Assembly: GCA_030446555.1 (NCBI GenBank)
Contig: JAUJNA010000004.1
Location: 35,354 to 97,807, forward strand
DNA: 62,454 bases
Direction of reading: 5' to 3'
Origin: Chloroflexota bacterium
Lineage (GTDB): Bacteria; Chloroflexota; Limnocylindria; Limnocylindrales; CSP1-4
The notes beneath the pieces were generated by a model. The model saw only the letters and a list, made by a program, of their open reading frames with translations. It had not been told where the DNA came from and made no database searches. This document shows, in pieces, positions 1 to 9,299 of this stretch. The position numbers were made by a program, and so were the translations under genes. The stretch's first letter is position 1; the number at the start of each line of letters is the position of its first letter.

Positions 1-164
1 TCCTGGACCATGGCCCGCCACCAGGCTCGCTTGACGTTGTTCTTGAGCTCCACCCCCAGGGGTCCGTAGTCCCAGACGGCGTTGATGCCGCCGTAGATCT
101 CGGAGCTCGGGAAGACGAACCCGCGACGCTTGGCGAGCGAGACGATGGTCTCCAGACCGCTCAC
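1..164 (-). CDS. glyQS: glycine--tRNA ligase (GlyQS type), N-terminal fragment running off the window start
   Basis: Own translation of the minus strand from GTG 164..162 gives [54 protein letters not shown], the conserved N-terminus of dimeric class II GlyRS. It is not in the ORF track because the window edge truncates it. Confidence 0.8.
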   Translation of the reverse strand, partial: MSGLETIVSLAKRRGFVFPSSEIYGGINAVWDYGPLGVELKNNVKRAWWRAMVQ

Positions 165-486
165 CGACGGTCCCGGATCGGCCGAAGCGGCCGTGTCCTG
201 GGGTGTGACGCTCAAGGAAGGGCACGCTCCGGCTCAGGGGGCGCCGGCGGTGGCATGGCCGGTCGCGGGGCGGCCATTCTCGCATGGCACCAGGTGGGTG
301 TTGCCCGCTCGATGCGACTGATGGCACGCCGGGCGCCGCACGCCTCCTCAGCGTGCGGCGCTCGGGTATCTGCCAGATGAGAACCGCGGGTGGGTAGTGC
401 ATCCGTCTGACAGCGCACCCGCGTGACGCGCCGAGCACTGGCCCGGCGCCGACGGTCATGAGAGACTTCCGCCGAGGCCGCTGACT

Positions 487-981
487 TTGTCGAACTACGT
501 CGAGATCCACGCCGGCGGTTGGCGCTTTCAGCCGCGGGTGGCAGCTGTCTGCGTCTGGCAGGACTATGTTCTGCTACAAGGGGCGATTGACGGCGCCTTC
601 TGGGCGCTGCCGGGCGGACGCCTGCTGCCGCTGGAGCTGACGGCGGATGCGCTGGTTCGCACGATGCGCTGGGAGATCGGACAGGAGGTGACGGTCCATC
701 CGCTGCTGTGGGTGATGGAGTATGTGACTCCGATGGGAGGCCGGCCGGTCCACGAACTGGGCTTCTACTACGCCATTGACCTGCCCGAGAACAGCCCGTT
801 CCTCGACCTGACGCGCGACCACACCGGGGTGGAACGCGGCCACGACCTAGTACTGCGCTGGTTCCCAGTCGATGCCCTGACGGACCTGCCGCTCTTCCCG
901 GACTTCCTGCGCACGGCGGTGCGGCGAATGCCGGGCAGCCCGCAGCACGTCGTTCGGGTGGACATCGACGCCCGACCTTAG
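487..981 (+). CDS. Nudix-fold family protein with degenerate Nudix box
   Basis: 164-aa ORF with TTG start. LPGGRLLPLELTADALVRTMRWEIGQEV keeps the Gx5Ex7R...ExG spacing of the Nudix box, but the REUxEE glutamates are partly replaced (RT..WE). Confidence 0.55.
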   Translation: MSNYVEIHAGGWRFQPRVAAVCVWQDYVLLQGAIDGAFWALPGGRLLPLELTADALVRTMRWEIGQEVTVHPLLWVMEYVTPMGGRPVHELGFYYAIDLPENSPFLDLTRDHTGVERGHDLVLRWFPVDALTDLPLFPDFLRTAVRRMPGSPQHVVRVDIDARP

Positions 982-1215
982 GGCCATCTGAACAGCACGA
1001 TCTCTTGAAATACCGCCTTCCGGTTCGGGTGCATCGAAACGATCGACGACCGGATCTGCTACTCGGACGCGCGCCAGGTGATGACTCATGAGATGGGTTA
1101 CTGGCAAGGACTGGGGCATACTGGGTCGACCGCGTGATGCGTCAAGGCGCACACGTACTGGGAGCCGCAAGGGAATGACAGGGATGGGGCTCGAAGCGAC
1201 GTATGGAGCGGCGCC

Positions 1216-2040
1216 GTGATGAGTCGCATGGGCATCGCAGGCCTCCTGGCTTCCGTCATCGTCGCGATCGCGGTCGTCATGCTGGCCGTTGCGTTCCCGC
1301 GCCAGAGCGATGTGGCCCGGTCGAATGTCGGCGCGTCCTCGCAACAGCCCTCCGGAAACGGATCCTCCGCGACGCCGGCCAAGCCCGCGCTCGGCCAAGA
1401 TCCGGAACCGCCGAGCGAACCGATACCGACGAGCGAGGCCTCGCCGACGAGCCAGCCTCCGCCGAGCGACGGGACCGGTGACCTCGCCCTGAGTCCGCAG
1501 GAGCGCAGGGGACAGGCCATCACCGGCTCGCGGTTCGACCGGTGCTCGAGGGTCGATGACCAGTACGACGAGGAGGTAGAGATCGAGTACGTCGCGCCGG
1601 TCGTCGATCTGGTGGTCCTCGCGTCGATCAAGGAGTTGGGTGGCAGCTTCTACGCCACGTCGGACCTCGCGATCCCCACCGGCGATGCAACGTGGCCCGA
1701 CGTCTACCGACCGACGATCGTGAGCGTCGAGCGGATCCTGGGCGGCAAGCTCGCGGAGACCGAGAGCGCGTTCGCGAGCGTCGGCAGCGATCTGCCGCTC
1801 CGGCTACCGGACGGGAAGATCGGCTGCGACGAGTACTCGTCCAGCCGCATCGGTGACGTCCAGGCGGGAGAGACGTGGGTCCTATTCGTGGACCGGATCC
1901 CGACAGCGGACGGGAAGCCAGCACCGGATCGAACCATCGTCCGGACATGGCGGCTGACCTCCGACGGACAAGTCGTGACCGCCAACGGTGAGCGCGTCTC
2001 GCTCGAGGAGTTCGAGCGCCAAGCCTCGCAAGCGCCCTGA
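1216..2040 (+). CDS. hypothetical membrane-anchored protein (N-terminal TM helix, Pro/Ser-rich linker, C-terminal globular part)
   Basis: 274-aa ORF. Hydrophobic GIAGLLASVIVAIAVVMLAVAF is followed by the PSEPIPTSEASPTSQPPPS linker. I recognise no motif. An alternative ATG lies at 1219. Confidence 0.45.
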   Translation: MMSRMGIAGLLASVIVAIAVVMLAVAFPRQSDVARSNVGASSQQPSGNGSSATPAKPALGQDPEPPSEPIPTSEASPTSQPPPSDGTGDLALSPQERRGQAITGSRFDRCSRVDDQYDEEVEIEYVAPVVDLVVLASIKELGGSFYATSDLAIPTGDATWPDVYRPTIVSVERILGGKLAETESAFASVGSDLPLRLPDGKIGCDEYSSSRIGDVQAGETWVLFVDRIPTADGKPAPDRTIVRTWRLTSDGQVVTANGERVSLEEFERQASQAP

Positions 2041-2192
2041 GCACCACGCCGGGCCGCCGCCTGGCCATGGGAGCGTCCGCACGGAGGCCATCTTCTTCCT
2101 TGACGCCGCGGCCGCCTTGACGGTCACTGTGCACGTGCCCGAGCGAGGTCATCTCGGGCGGCAGCCTCATCCCGGGGCTGCTGGCCTGAGGG

Positions 2193-2960
2193 CTATCGGG
2201 ACGTGGCGCGTACCTCGTCGAGGAACGCGAGCGAGCGGGCTTCCCGCTCCAGCACATAACGGATGAAGCGCCGCAGCGCATCCTCGACCTCCAGCTCCAC
2301 GGTCGTGGGAAGCCGAAGCGCCGCGATGGCTTCGATGTCCAGGCGGCGGTAAGCCTTCAGGAGCTTCAGCGCCGCGAGCGAGACCCCCACCTGCTCGGCT
2401 GGTGGTCCGGTGTGTCGCCCGCAGAGCACCCCGCCGAGCGCGGGCACCCACCGGAATGCCTCCGTTTCCTCGAGGATGCGGTCGCACTCGACGCACCGGT
2501 CCACCTCCGGGCGCATCCCCAGCGCGTCGGCCAGGCCATACTCGAACCAGCGCGCCACCCGGCCCGGTGCCATCCCGTCGTCGAGCAGCTGGTATGCGCG
2601 ACGCAGCAGGGCGTAGATGGGGTAGGCCGCCGCCCGCTCCTCGACGGCCCGCTCCGCGAGCTCGCCCAGGTACCAGGCCGTGGCGGCTGACTCGAGCCGA
2701 TCGCGGAGGCGCAGCCAGGCCTCGCCGACGCTCGCCTGGGTGATGACGTCGAAGGTCCGGCCATGCACCAGGACGAGGTGCAGCTCGGCGAACGGCTCGA
2801 CCGACCCCCCGATCCGGCTGTTGGGCCGCCGCACGCCCTTGGCGATGGCCTTGAGCTTCCCGTCGTGCGGCGTCAGGAGCGTCAGCACACGATCGGCCTC
2901 GCCCAGCTCGAAGCGACTCAGCACGATGGCCTGCGTCTTGTACATCCGAGGCACCGGCAT
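2193..2960 (-). CDS. recO: DNA repair protein RecO
   Basis: 255 aa. The N-terminus MYKTQAIVLSRFELGEADRVLTLLTPHDGKLKAIAKGVRRP matches the RecO OB fold, and there is a zinc motif CVECD...LCGRH. Confidence 0.85.
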   Translation of the reverse strand: MPVPRMYKTQAIVLSRFELGEADRVLTLLTPHDGKLKAIAKGVRRPNSRIGGSVEPFAELHLVLVHGRTFDVITQASVGEAWLRLRDRLESAATAWYLGELAERAVEERAAAYPIYALLRRAYQLLDDGMAPGRVARWFEYGLADALGMRPEVDRCVECDRILEETEAFRWVPALGGVLCGRHTGPPAEQVGVSLAALKLLKAYRRLDIEAIAALRLPTTVELEVEDALRRFIRYVLEREARSLAFLDEVRATSR

Positions 2961-3182
2961 CGTCCCAGCCTACATCGGTGGCCCAGGCGTAGGAGCGCGC
3001 GCGACGTGGCCGAGGGACCTGATTCATCCGCCCCACTGTCAGCTGCGAAGGACCGTTCGAGCGCCGGCGTGGACGCGTCCCCCATGCCGGCGCCCACGCT
3101 GCTCCGCCTGGTCTCGGGTGACCGGCCTCGAGCTGTCTCCGGCAGGGTCGCCGGTGCTGCCGGGACGGAACGTGCTATCAGC

Positions 3183-3198
3183 TGGTATCCTGTTTCGG
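3183..3198 (+). promoter_or_regulatory. candidate extended -10 promoter (TGgTATCCT) predicting a leaderless GTG start for the polyprenyl synthase
   Basis: cTGGTATCCT at 3183..3191. The GTG at 3198 lies exactly 7 nt after the last T of the hexamer. No good -35 element is present. Confidence 0.3.
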
Positions 3199-4214
3199 TG
3201 CTGACCACGACCGATCTCGACGTGCTGATCGCCGACACCGAGAACGAGATCCTGCGCGTCATCGCGGCGGCAGAGGACGAGCGGACCGTCGAGCTGTACG
3301 GGATGGTGCGCTACCACCTCGGCCTGGACCGCGAAGGTCCGCGTGGCAAGCGCCTCCGGCCGCTCCTTGGCCTCCTCGCCTACCAGTCGATCACGGGTGA
3401 GCATCAGCGTGCGCTGCCCGGAGCGGCCGCCGTGGAGCTCGGCCATAACTTCAGCCTGGTCCACGACGATATCGAGGACCGTGACGTCGAGCGACGGCAC
3501 CGCCCCACGCTCTGGACCGTCTACGGCGTGGCACAGGCCATCAACACCGGTGACACCCTCTTCACGCTGTCGCGCCTGGCGCTGTACCGGCTCGGCGAGC
3601 TGGGCTTCTCCGACTCCCGCGTCCTCGCCCTCATGCGGCTCTACGACGAGACCTGCCTCGCGCTGAGCGAGGGTCAGTTCATCGACATCTGGACGTCCGA
3701 GCACGACGTCGCGATGTCGGTCGAGGACTACTTCGACATGATCGGCCGAAAGACGGCGGCGCTGATCGCTGCGTCCGTGGAGGCAGGCGCGATGCTGGCC
3801 ACCGAGGATGAGGCGGTCGTCGAGGCCTACCGACGGTTCGGTTGGGCGCTCGGCCTGGCGTTCCAGCTCAACGACGACCTGCTGGGCATCTGGGGCGACG
3901 AGCAGGCGACCGGCAAGGAGCCGTCCGATCTGGCCAAGAAGAAGAAGACGCTGCCCGTGATCTACGCCCTCGAGCGAGCGGGAGCGGGGGATGCCAGGCG
4001 GTTGCGCGAGATCGTGCAGCTCGCCGAGCCGACCCCTGCCCAGGTGGCGGAGGCGCGCACCATCATCGAGCGGGCGGGCGGGCGCGACTACACCCGACAG
4101 CGCGCACGCGCCCACCGCGACGAGGCCGTGGAACAGCTGCGTCGAGCGGGTGTGGTGGAGGGCGAGGCGGTCGAGCGCCTCAGGCTGATCGTGGTCTCGG
4201 CGATCAGCGCGTAA
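3198..4214 (+). CDS. polyprenyl diphosphate synthase (trans-isoprenyl diphosphate synthase family)
   Basis: ORF-track frame 2763..4214 trimmed to the in-frame GTG at 3198 (338 aa); the upstream part is Arg/Pro-rich junk. Two Asp-rich motifs are present, LVHDDIEDRD and QLNDDLLG. Confidence 0.8.
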   Translation: MLTTTDLDVLIADTENEILRVIAAAEDERTVELYGMVRYHLGLDREGPRGKRLRPLLGLLAYQSITGEHQRALPGAAAVELGHNFSLVHDDIEDRDVERRHRPTLWTVYGVAQAINTGDTLFTLSRLALYRLGELGFSDSRVLALMRLYDETCLALSEGQFIDIWTSEHDVAMSVEDYFDMIGRKTAALIAASVEAGAMLATEDEAVVEAYRRFGWALGLAFQLNDDLLGIWGDEQATGKEPSDLAKKKKTLPVIYALERAGAGDARRLREIVQLAEPTPAQVAEARTIIERAGGRDYTRQRARAHRDEAVEQLRRAGVVEGEAVERLRLIVVSAISA

Positions 4215-4216
4215 GC

Positions 4217-5574
4217 TCAGCGCGCCAGGTCCTCGGCCCGCTCCCGTCCCAGGGCATCATCCGAGCTCGCGTTCGCGTCGCGGCGGACGGCGAGCACCTT
4301 CCCCACGCGGCGACCATCCGTCGTCTCGACGGTCAGGGTGAGCCCGCCCACCTGCACCGTGTCGCCCACCTTGGGCACGCCCCCGATCTGGTGATAGACG
4401 AGCCCGCCCACGGTGTCGTACTCCTCGCGATCGGTACCGTCCAGGTCGATGTCGAAGTGCTCCCCCAGGTCATCCACGCTGGCGCGTCCGTCGATGCGCG
4501 CCTGCCCCTCGGAGAGCGGCTCGACCATGGGCTCCTCGACGTCGTACTCGTCCTGGATCTCACCCACGATCTCCTCGATGAGATCCTCGATGGTCACCAG
4601 GCCGGCCGTGCCGCCGTACTCATCGAGCACGATGGCGATGTGCACCTTGCGCCGCTGGAGGGCGTGGAGCAGGTCGTCGACGGTCATCGACTCGGGCACC
4701 TCGAGTGGCGTGCGCAGCAGCTTGCGGATGTTGGGCGGCTGGTCGGTGCCCTTGAGATAGGGCAGGAGGTCCTTGGCGTACAGGATGCCCACGATGTTGT
4801 CGATGCTCTTCTCGTACACCGGGATGCGCGAGTGGCCGTGCTCCACGATGAGGTCGACCAGTTCGCCCAACGCGACCGACGTGGGGACGGCCACGATGTC
4901 GATGCGCGGAGACATGACCTCGTGGACACGACGCTCACCCAGCTCCAGCACGGCGCCGATCATCTGCTCCTCTTCCGCCTCGATGACGCCCTGCTCGCCG
5001 CCGCGTTCCACGAGGATCATCAGCTCCTCGGTCGTCAGGCGATCCTGGCTCGAGCTGTCACGTACACCGAGGAGGCGCGTCACGGCGTTCGTCACGAGCG
5101 TCAGCAGCCAGACGATGGGCGCGAAGATCCGGCCCAGGACCTGGACCGGGCGCGCGAAGATGAGCGCGTAGCGCTCCGCGTGGGCGAGTGCGAGCGTCTT
5201 GGGCACCAGCTCCCCGAAGACGATCGTCACGAGGCTGACGATGAGCGTGACGATGAGCAGCGCGAGGACTGCGCCTGGTCTGACCCCATCGAGACTCGCT
5301 CGAGGGCCAGTTGTAGTTCGCCGGCCACGTTCGCCCCCGCGAAGGCGGCGGCGAGGAAGCCGATGAAGGTGATGCCCAGCTGGATGACCGCCAGGAAGCG
5401 GCCCGGTTCGGAGACCAGGCGCTGCACCCTCCGGGCGCCGCCGTGTCCTTCGTCGACCATGGCCTGGAGACGGCTGCGGCGGATCGTCACGAGCGCGATC
5501 TCAGCGGCCACGAAGACCCCGTTGAGCAGGACGAGGATGCCGATGATGAGGAGCTCGCCGAAGGTACCGCTCAC
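4217..5574 (-). pseudogene. CNNM/CorC/HlyC-family transporter-associated protein (DUF21 TM domain + CBS pair + CorC_HlyC), split by a 1-nt frameshift at a C4/G4 run (5284..5287); probably intact in vivo
   Basis: ORFs 5227..5574 (DUF21 N-terminus, GTG start) and 4217..5230 (FGELVPK..., CBS, C-terminal domain) are one gene. Own translation shows ...LALERVSMG then, in the -1 frame, VRPGAVLALLIVTLIVSLVTIVFGELVPK. Adding one G to ATGGGGTC restores the frame. Span is 1358 nt, which is 3n+2. Confidence 0.75.
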
Positions 5575-5580
5575 CGATGC

Positions 5581-6993
5581 TCACCGGTCTCCGCCGGCCG
5601 CCTGCGTCGCACTCGGTTCGCCTGCCGGCCGTTTGTCACGGATGCGCGCCGGCACGCCGACGGCCATCTTGCCCGGCGGGACGTCCTTCGTGACCACCGA
5701 GCCCGCGCCGGTGTACGCACCCTCCCCCACGGTCACCGGCGCGCGCAGGATGGTGTCGGAGCCGATGAAGGCGCCATCCCCGATGCGCGTGACGTGCTTC
5801 GCGTTGCCGTCGTAGTTGGCGGTGATGGTGCCGGCGCCGATGTTGACGTCCGCCCCCACCTCGGCATCACCGATGTAGCTGAAATGGTGCTGCTTGGTGC
5901 GCGGCCCCAGCCGACTCTTCTTGATCTCCGCGAAGTTGCCGACCTCCGCGCTAGAGCCCACGTGTGCGCCGGGGCGCAGGTGGCTGAACGGCCCGACCCG
6001 AACGTCATCCTCGACGACAGCGGACTCGAGCACGCTGGCCCGGATCTCGCACCGCTCCCCGACCACCGAGTCGATAATCTGGCTGCCCGAACCGATGACC
6101 GTGTCCCGCCCGATGCGCGTCGTGCCGCGCACGACGACGTTCGGCTCGAGGGTGACGTCCTCGGCGAACTCGACGGTCGCATCGAGGAACGTCGTGGCAG
6201 GGTCGTCGATCGTGACGCCCGCGAGGGTGTGCCGCTCCGCGATGGCCCGACGAAGCTCGGCGGCCGCAGCGGCTAGATCGCCGCGGTCCTTGACATGGGC
6301 GAGCGGCCTCGGATCGGCCGACTCGTCGTCGACGGAGACTCGGGACCCTTCGCTTGCCGCCATCGCGACGAGGTCCGTCAGGTACAGCTCCCCACTGGCA
6401 TCCGAGGGGCGCAACCGGGGCAGAGCGCCCCGTAGCCAGCCGAGATCGAACGCGTAGATCCCCACATTGGCGTCGAATCCATCTCCCGTGCGTGCACTCG
6501 GCTCGTCCTTGCGCTCGACGATGGCGACCGCGGCACCGTCGGCGTTCGTGACGACACGGCCCCACGGGGCGGACGCGGGGACGCGGTGCGTGGTGATCGA
6601 CATCACCGCGTGCTCCGCGCGATGCCGCGCCAGCAGCCGCCCCAGCACGTCGGCCCGCAGCAGCGGCTTGTCACCGTTCGTGACGATGATCTCCTCGACA
6701 TCGTCGGGTACGGCCTGGAGCGCCGCGCGGACGGCGTCGCCGGTGCCGCGTGGCTCTTGCTGGAGCGCGAAGTCGGCCTCGTCGGCGAAGGCCTCGCGCA
6801 CCTGCTCCGTGGCTGGCGAGTAGACCACCAGGGGGCGCATGCCGGTCGCTTCGCGAGCGGCGTCGAGGACGTAGGCCAGCATCGGGCGCCCGCAGATGGG
6901 GTGGAGCACCTTGGGCAGCCTGGACCGCATGCGCGTGCCGAGTCCGGCAGCCAGGACGACGGGGGTCGTTCGGGGACTTGGAGGGCTGGTCAC
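5581..6993 (-). CDS. glmU: bifunctional UDP-N-acetylglucosamine diphosphorylase / glucosamine-1-phosphate N-acetyltransferase
   Basis: Frame 5581..7200 trimmed to GTG 6993 (470 aa). Contains VVLAAGLGTRMRS...LPKVLH nucleotidyltransferase motif and C-terminal hexapeptide repeats. Confidence 0.9.
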   Translation of the reverse strand: MTSPPSPRTTPVVLAAGLGTRMRSRLPKVLHPICGRPMLAYVLDAAREATGMRPLVVYSPATEQVREAFADEADFALQQEPRGTGDAVRAALQAVPDDVEEIIVTNGDKPLLRADVLGRLLARHRAEHAVMSITTHRVPASAPWGRVVTNADGAAVAIVERKDEPSARTGDGFDANVGIYAFDLGWLRGALPRLRPSDASGELYLTDLVAMAASEGSRVSVDDESADPRPLAHVKDRGDLAAAAAELRRAIAERHTLAGVTIDDPATTFLDATVEFAEDVTLEPNVVVRGTTRIGRDTVIGSGSQIIDSVVGERCEIRASVLESAVVEDDVRVGPFSHLRPGAHVGSSAEVGNFAEIKKSRLGPRTKQHHFSYIGDAEVGADVNIGAGTITANYDGNAKHVTRIGDGAFIGSDTILRAPVTVGEGAYTGAGSVVTKDVPPGKMAVGVPARIRDKRPAGEPSATQAAGGDR

Positions 6994-7049
6994 GACGGGG
7001 GGTCCCCGCCGATGGGTGATGGAGGCGTGCTGGGCATCAGGTCCACGTG

Positions 7050-7079
7050 AGGGTACGGGCGGCGCGCCGCCGGTGTCAA
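7050..7079 (-). promoter_or_regulatory. candidate sigma-70-type promoter upstream of glmU (TTGACA-18-TACCCT)
   Basis: Minus strand reads ggTTTGACAccggcggcgcgccgcccgTACCCTcacg. The -35 hexamer overlaps the ridA stop codon. TTGACA is rare in this GC-rich DNA. Confidence 0.4.
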
Positions 7080-7480
7080 ACCGCTCCCGGCTCACCCCCG
7101 CGCACGGCGATGGCCTCGATCTCCACGCGGGCTCCCTTGGGCAGAGCCGCCACGGCGAAGGTAGACCGCGCCGGCGGGGGATCCGCGAAGAAGGTGGCAT
7201 AGACCGCGTTCAGCGCCGCGAAGTCCGCGATGGCGGCCAGGAAGACAGTGGTCTTCACCACGTCGGCGTACCCCAGGCCGGCCGCTTCCAACACGGCGCC
7301 CAGGTTGTGCAGGGCGCGGTTCGCCTCCGCCTCGACGCCGCCCTCGACCAGCTCGCCGGTCTCCGGATCGAGGCCGATCTGACCGGAGCAGAAGACGAGC
7401 GAGCCCGCCTGGATGGCCTGGCTGTACGGTCCGACGGCCCGGGGAGCCCGGTCGGTGGCGATGCGTCTCCGGTCGGTCAC
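7076..7480 (-). CDS. ridA: RidA/YjgF-family reactive intermediate deaminase
   Basis: C-terminal 134 aa of frame 7076..8065, from GTG 7480. Contains APRAVGPYSQAIQAGSLVFCSGQIGLDPETGELV...ARSTFAVAALPKGARVEIEAIA. GTGA overlap with the ispE stop. Confidence 0.85.
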   Translation of the reverse strand: MTDRRRIATDRAPRAVGPYSQAIQAGSLVFCSGQIGLDPETGELVEGGVEAEANRALHNLGAVLEAAGLGYADVVKTTVFLAAIADFAALNAVYATFFADPPPARSTFAVAALPKGARVEIEAIAVRGGEPGAV

Positions 7481-8421
7481 GGGTGCCTCCACAGCGGGTC
7501 CGGGCCTGCATGGTCCGTCGCAGAGAGGCGGGCGCCGCGCAGCGATCGCGGCGGATCGGCCGCCAGGTCCCGCCCGGCGTCGGCAGCGGCGTCGGCCGTG
7601 GGATAGAGCCCGACCAGCGTGGGACCGGACCCGGTCAACAGGACACGGGCTCCGAGTCGTGACTCGAGCTCGGTCCGCATCGTGGCCAGCTCGGGCGCCA
7701 CCGCCAGCACGGCCGGCCAGAGGTCGTTGGCATCGGCCAGCCGGTCGATCCATCGTGGCGAGGCGAGGTCCCTGCCGGACAGTCCTTCCCGGAAGGATCG
7801 GGCGAGGGCATCGGGGACCTCTTCCGTGCCGCTCGTGGACCGATCGAGGCTGTCGAAGGCCGCGTAGACGGCTGCCGTCGAGAGCGTGATGGGCGGCGTG
7901 ACGAGCAGGATCCCGACGCCGTCGCTCGGAGGCGGCAGCGGCTCGATGCGCTCCCCCACCCCACTGACGAGCGCAGCGCGATGACCGGCGGCGAAGAAGG
8001 GCACGTCGGCGCCCAGCTGAGCTGCCAGCTCGACCAGTGCCTCGGCGGAGGCGTCGACTCCCCACGCCTCGGCGGCCAGCCGCATGGCGGCAGCGCCGTC
8101 GGCACTGCCACCGCCCATCCCGGCGCCCACGGGGATCGACTTCTCGAGGATGAAGGCGAGCCCCGGCAGCGCATCGCCGAACCGGGCACGCACCAGACGC
8201 GCTCCACGGAGCACGAGATCCTCGTCCTCGCGCGAGTGCGGGTCACCGGTCACCGCCAGGTGATCGGCGGACATGGGTGGCTCCGGGAGGCTGACCGCCA
8301 CCCGGTCCGACAGACCCACGCGCAGGAAGACCGAGCGGAGGGAGTGGTAGCCGTCGGCCCGTCGGCCGGTCACCGCCAGCGCCAGGTTCACCTTCGCCTG
8401 GGCGAGTTCTTCCAGATGCAT
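7477..8421 (-). CDS. ispE: 4-(cytidine 5'-diphospho)-2-C-methyl-D-erythritol kinase
   Basis: 314 aa. AKVNLALAVTGRRADGYH and the GHMP kinase motif IPVGAGMGGGSADGAA. Confidence 0.9.
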   Translation of the reverse strand: MHLEELAQAKVNLALAVTGRRADGYHSLRSVFLRVGLSDRVAVSLPEPPMSADHLAVTGDPHSREDEDLVLRGARLVRARFGDALPGLAFILEKSIPVGAGMGGGSADGAAAMRLAAEAWGVDASAEALVELAAQLGADVPFFAAGHRAALVSGVGERIEPLPPPSDGVGILLVTPPITLSTAAVYAAFDSLDRSTSGTEEVPDALARSFREGLSGRDLASPRWIDRLADANDLWPAVLAVAPELATMRTELESRLGARVLLTGSGPTLVGLYPTADAAADAGRDLAADPPRSLRGARLSATDHAGPDPLWRHP

Positions 8422-9299
8422 CAGGGAAGCCTACCCAGCTCTGCCGACAGTGCGAGCCACTCCTCGAGGCCCAGCGTCTGGGGGCGTCGATCGGGCGCGA
8501 TGCCGACCCGCTGGAACGCGTCGGCGAAGCGCTCCCGTCCCACGTTGGACAGCTGACGGAGCAGCACGTTATGGAGCATCTTGCGGCGTTCGCGGAACCC
8601 GGCCTGCACCAGCCGCCACAGGTCCGCCTCATCGTCCGCCGCGAGACGCCGAGGTCGCACTTCGCCGACGATGACGGCCGAGTCCACGGCGGGTGCCGGC
8701 TCGAAGGCCGTCGGCGGCACGATGCGCAGCAACGAGACCTGAGCGTGGTACTGCACGAAGACGGACAGGTAGCTCATGGCCCCGGCCGGCGCGGTGACAC
8801 GCTCCGCCACCTCGCGCTGGAGCATCAGCACCATCCGCTCGGGGCGCGGCTCGTTGCCGAGCGCCATGTGGAGCACGGGGCTCGTGATGTGGTACGGCAG
8901 GTTGGCCACCAGGTCGTAGGGCAGTCCCACGAGCGCATCGATGCCCACGTCGAGAACGTCGCCCTCGACGATCGCGAGGCGCTCCTCGCCGACGAAGCGG
9001 TCCCGCAGGTGCGCGGCGAGACGGCGGTCGACCTCGACGGCCGTGACCCGTCGTGCCCGCGCCGCCAGGAGCGCGCCGGTCAGGATGCCGATGCCAGGGC
9101 CGATCTCCAGGACGGATCGACCGGCAGGTCGGGCGGCGGCGACGATCGATTCGAGCACCTCGCCATCCACGAGGTGGTTCTGACCGAAACGCTTCTGCGC
9201 CCGGAGTCCGTGACGGCGCAGGTAGCGCTCCACCTGCTCGGGCCCCAGGTGGCGAGCGTCGAGGGCCAGGGAGCGGGCGGGCGCCGCCGACGTGGACAT
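8421..9299 (-). CDS. rsmA: 16S rRNA (adenine1518/1519-N6)-dimethyltransferase
   Basis: Frame 8421..9740 trimmed to ATG 9299 (292 aa). KRFGQNHLVD and SAM motif VLEIGPGIGILT. One-nt TGATG overlaps at both ends. Confidence 0.9.
   Translation of the reverse strand: MSTSAAPARSLALDARHLGPEQVERYLRRHGLRAQKRFGQNHLVDGEVLESIVAAARPAGRSVLEIGPGIGILTGALLAARARRVTAVEVDRRLAAHLRDRFVGEERLAIVEGDVLDVGIDALVGLPYDLVANLPYHITSPVLHMALGNEPRPERMVLMLQREVAERVTAPAGAMSYLSVFVQYHAQVSLLRIVPPTAFEPAPAVDSAVIVGEVRPRRLAADDEADLWRLVQAGFRERRKMLHNVLLRQLSNVGRERFADAFQRVGIAPDRRPQTLGLEEWLALSAELGRLP

Noticed and set aside
165-486. A possible T-box riboswitch in the 322-nt region upstream of glyQS.
   Set aside because: I looked for the conserved GGGTGGTACCGCG box on the glyQS strand and did not find it. 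The only related string is ACCGCGGGTGGG on the opposite strand, in the wrong order. A covariance-model search with the Rfam T-box model would be needed to exclude it formally.
6994-7200. N-terminal extensions of track ORFs. Examples are glmU to 7200, ridA frame to 8065, rsmA to 9740, tsaB to 11774, truA to 26668, rplR to 34701, rplE to 36249, rpmC to 37634, rpsL to 46258, map to 30558 and adk to 31201.
   Set aside because: The extensions are Arg/Pro/Gly-rich, overlap the upstream gene, and precede the point where similarity to the conserved family begins. Internal ATG or GTG starts give canonical lengths and typical stop/start overlaps.
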